From an uncultured Syntrophobacterales bacterium (GTDB lineage: Bacteria; Desulfobacterota; Syntrophia; Syntrophales; UBA5619), in the NCBI GenBank assembly GCA_903928915.1, contig CAIYSL010000068.1, positions 81,005 to 145,004 on the forward strand: a stretch of DNA of 64,000 bases. The letters run 5' to 3'. The position numbers and the translations under genes were made by a program. The first letter of the stretch is position 1. Each line of letters begins with the position of its first letter. This document shows positions 63,633 to 64,000 of this stretch, piece after piece. The notes under the pieces were generated by a model that did not search any database, was not told the DNA's origin, and saw only the letters and a list, made by a program, of their open reading frames with translations.

Positions 63633-64000
63633 ATGGCGCAGATACTATCCCAAGACGAGGTTGATGCCCTCCTCAGGGGGATTTCCGGCGGTCAGGTAGA
63701 GACCGAGCAAGAGGAGATCAACGACCCCTCGGATGTGGTTACCTATGACCTGACGAGTCAGGACAGGATCATCCGCGGGCGCATGCCGACCCTGGAGATG
63801 ACCAACGAGAAGTTCGTCCGGATGTTCAGGACGACGCTGTCGGCGCTGATGCGGAAGGTCGTCAGTGTCAGCACCCTCGCGGTGGATATGATCAAGTTCG
63901 GCGAATTCCTGAAGACCATTCCCGTGCCGACGAGTCTGCATCTCATCCGGATGGAACCCCTCCGGGGGAACGCCATCATCGTGCTGGAGTCCAAACTGAT
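63633..64000 (+). CDS. fliM: flagellar motor switch protein FliM (5' part, runs off the window)
   Basis: Not in the ORF track because no stop is reached. My translation from the ATG at 63633 gives MAQILSQDEVDALLRGISGG...YDLTSQDRIIRGRMPTLEMTNEKFVRMFRTTLSALMRK, which includes the LSQDEVDALL CheY-P-binding N-terminal motif. Confidence 0.9.
   Translation, partial: MAQILSQDEVDALLRGISGGQVETEQEEINDPSDVVTYDLTSQDRIIRGRMPTLEMTNEKFVRMFRTTLSALMRKVVSVSTLAVDMIKFGEFLKTIPVPTSLHLIRMEPLRGNAIIVLESKL

Overview
High-GC bacterial chromosomal segment. The gene content (tungsten-type aldehyde:ferredoxin oxidoreductase, PPDK, sigma-54-driven flagellar genes, many PAS/HDOD signalling proteins) suggests an anaerobic deltaproteobacterium-like organism, but taxonomy cannot be proven from the sequence alone. 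The left half (1-34 kb) holds mixed housekeeping and accessory genes: a DUF554 membrane protein, a flavoredoxin-like protein, an AT-rich islet with a lone NucS-like PD-(D/E)XK nuclease, a ModA-like binding protein, an AOR fused to an iron alcohol dehydrogenase, two MFS transporters, NfeD, a PQQ-type sugar dehydrogenase, CYTH, a Cache/PAS hybrid kinase, a TMTC-like TPR membrane protein, ppdK, a LemA/NTase/TPM operon, an HDOD + hybrid-kinase operon, a polar amino-acid ABC transporter co-transcribed with a GlcD-like FAD oxidase, and carB. The right half (34.8-64 kb) is a motility supercluster. It contains two NtrC-type sigma-54 activators, a cheR-cheD-HDOD-cheY-cheX-cheB-cheA-cheY-cheX operon, a pilZ-motA-motB operon, a large TPR protein, and flgBC-fliEFGHIJ-ylxF-like-fliK-flgDE-fliLM. 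By eye I found four good sigma-54 promoters and two near-consensus sigma-28 (TAAAGTTT-N11-GCCGA) promoters that divide this cluster into transcription units. No rRNA, tRNA, CRISPR array or IS/transposase was recognised. The best candidates for something new are the sigma-28-wired HDOD signalling modules, the MCP-less and CheW-less che operon, the AOR-ADH fusion, the sigma-54 pilZ-motAB operon and the orphan nuclease islet. All functional calls rest on motif and family recognition by eye. No database search was run.
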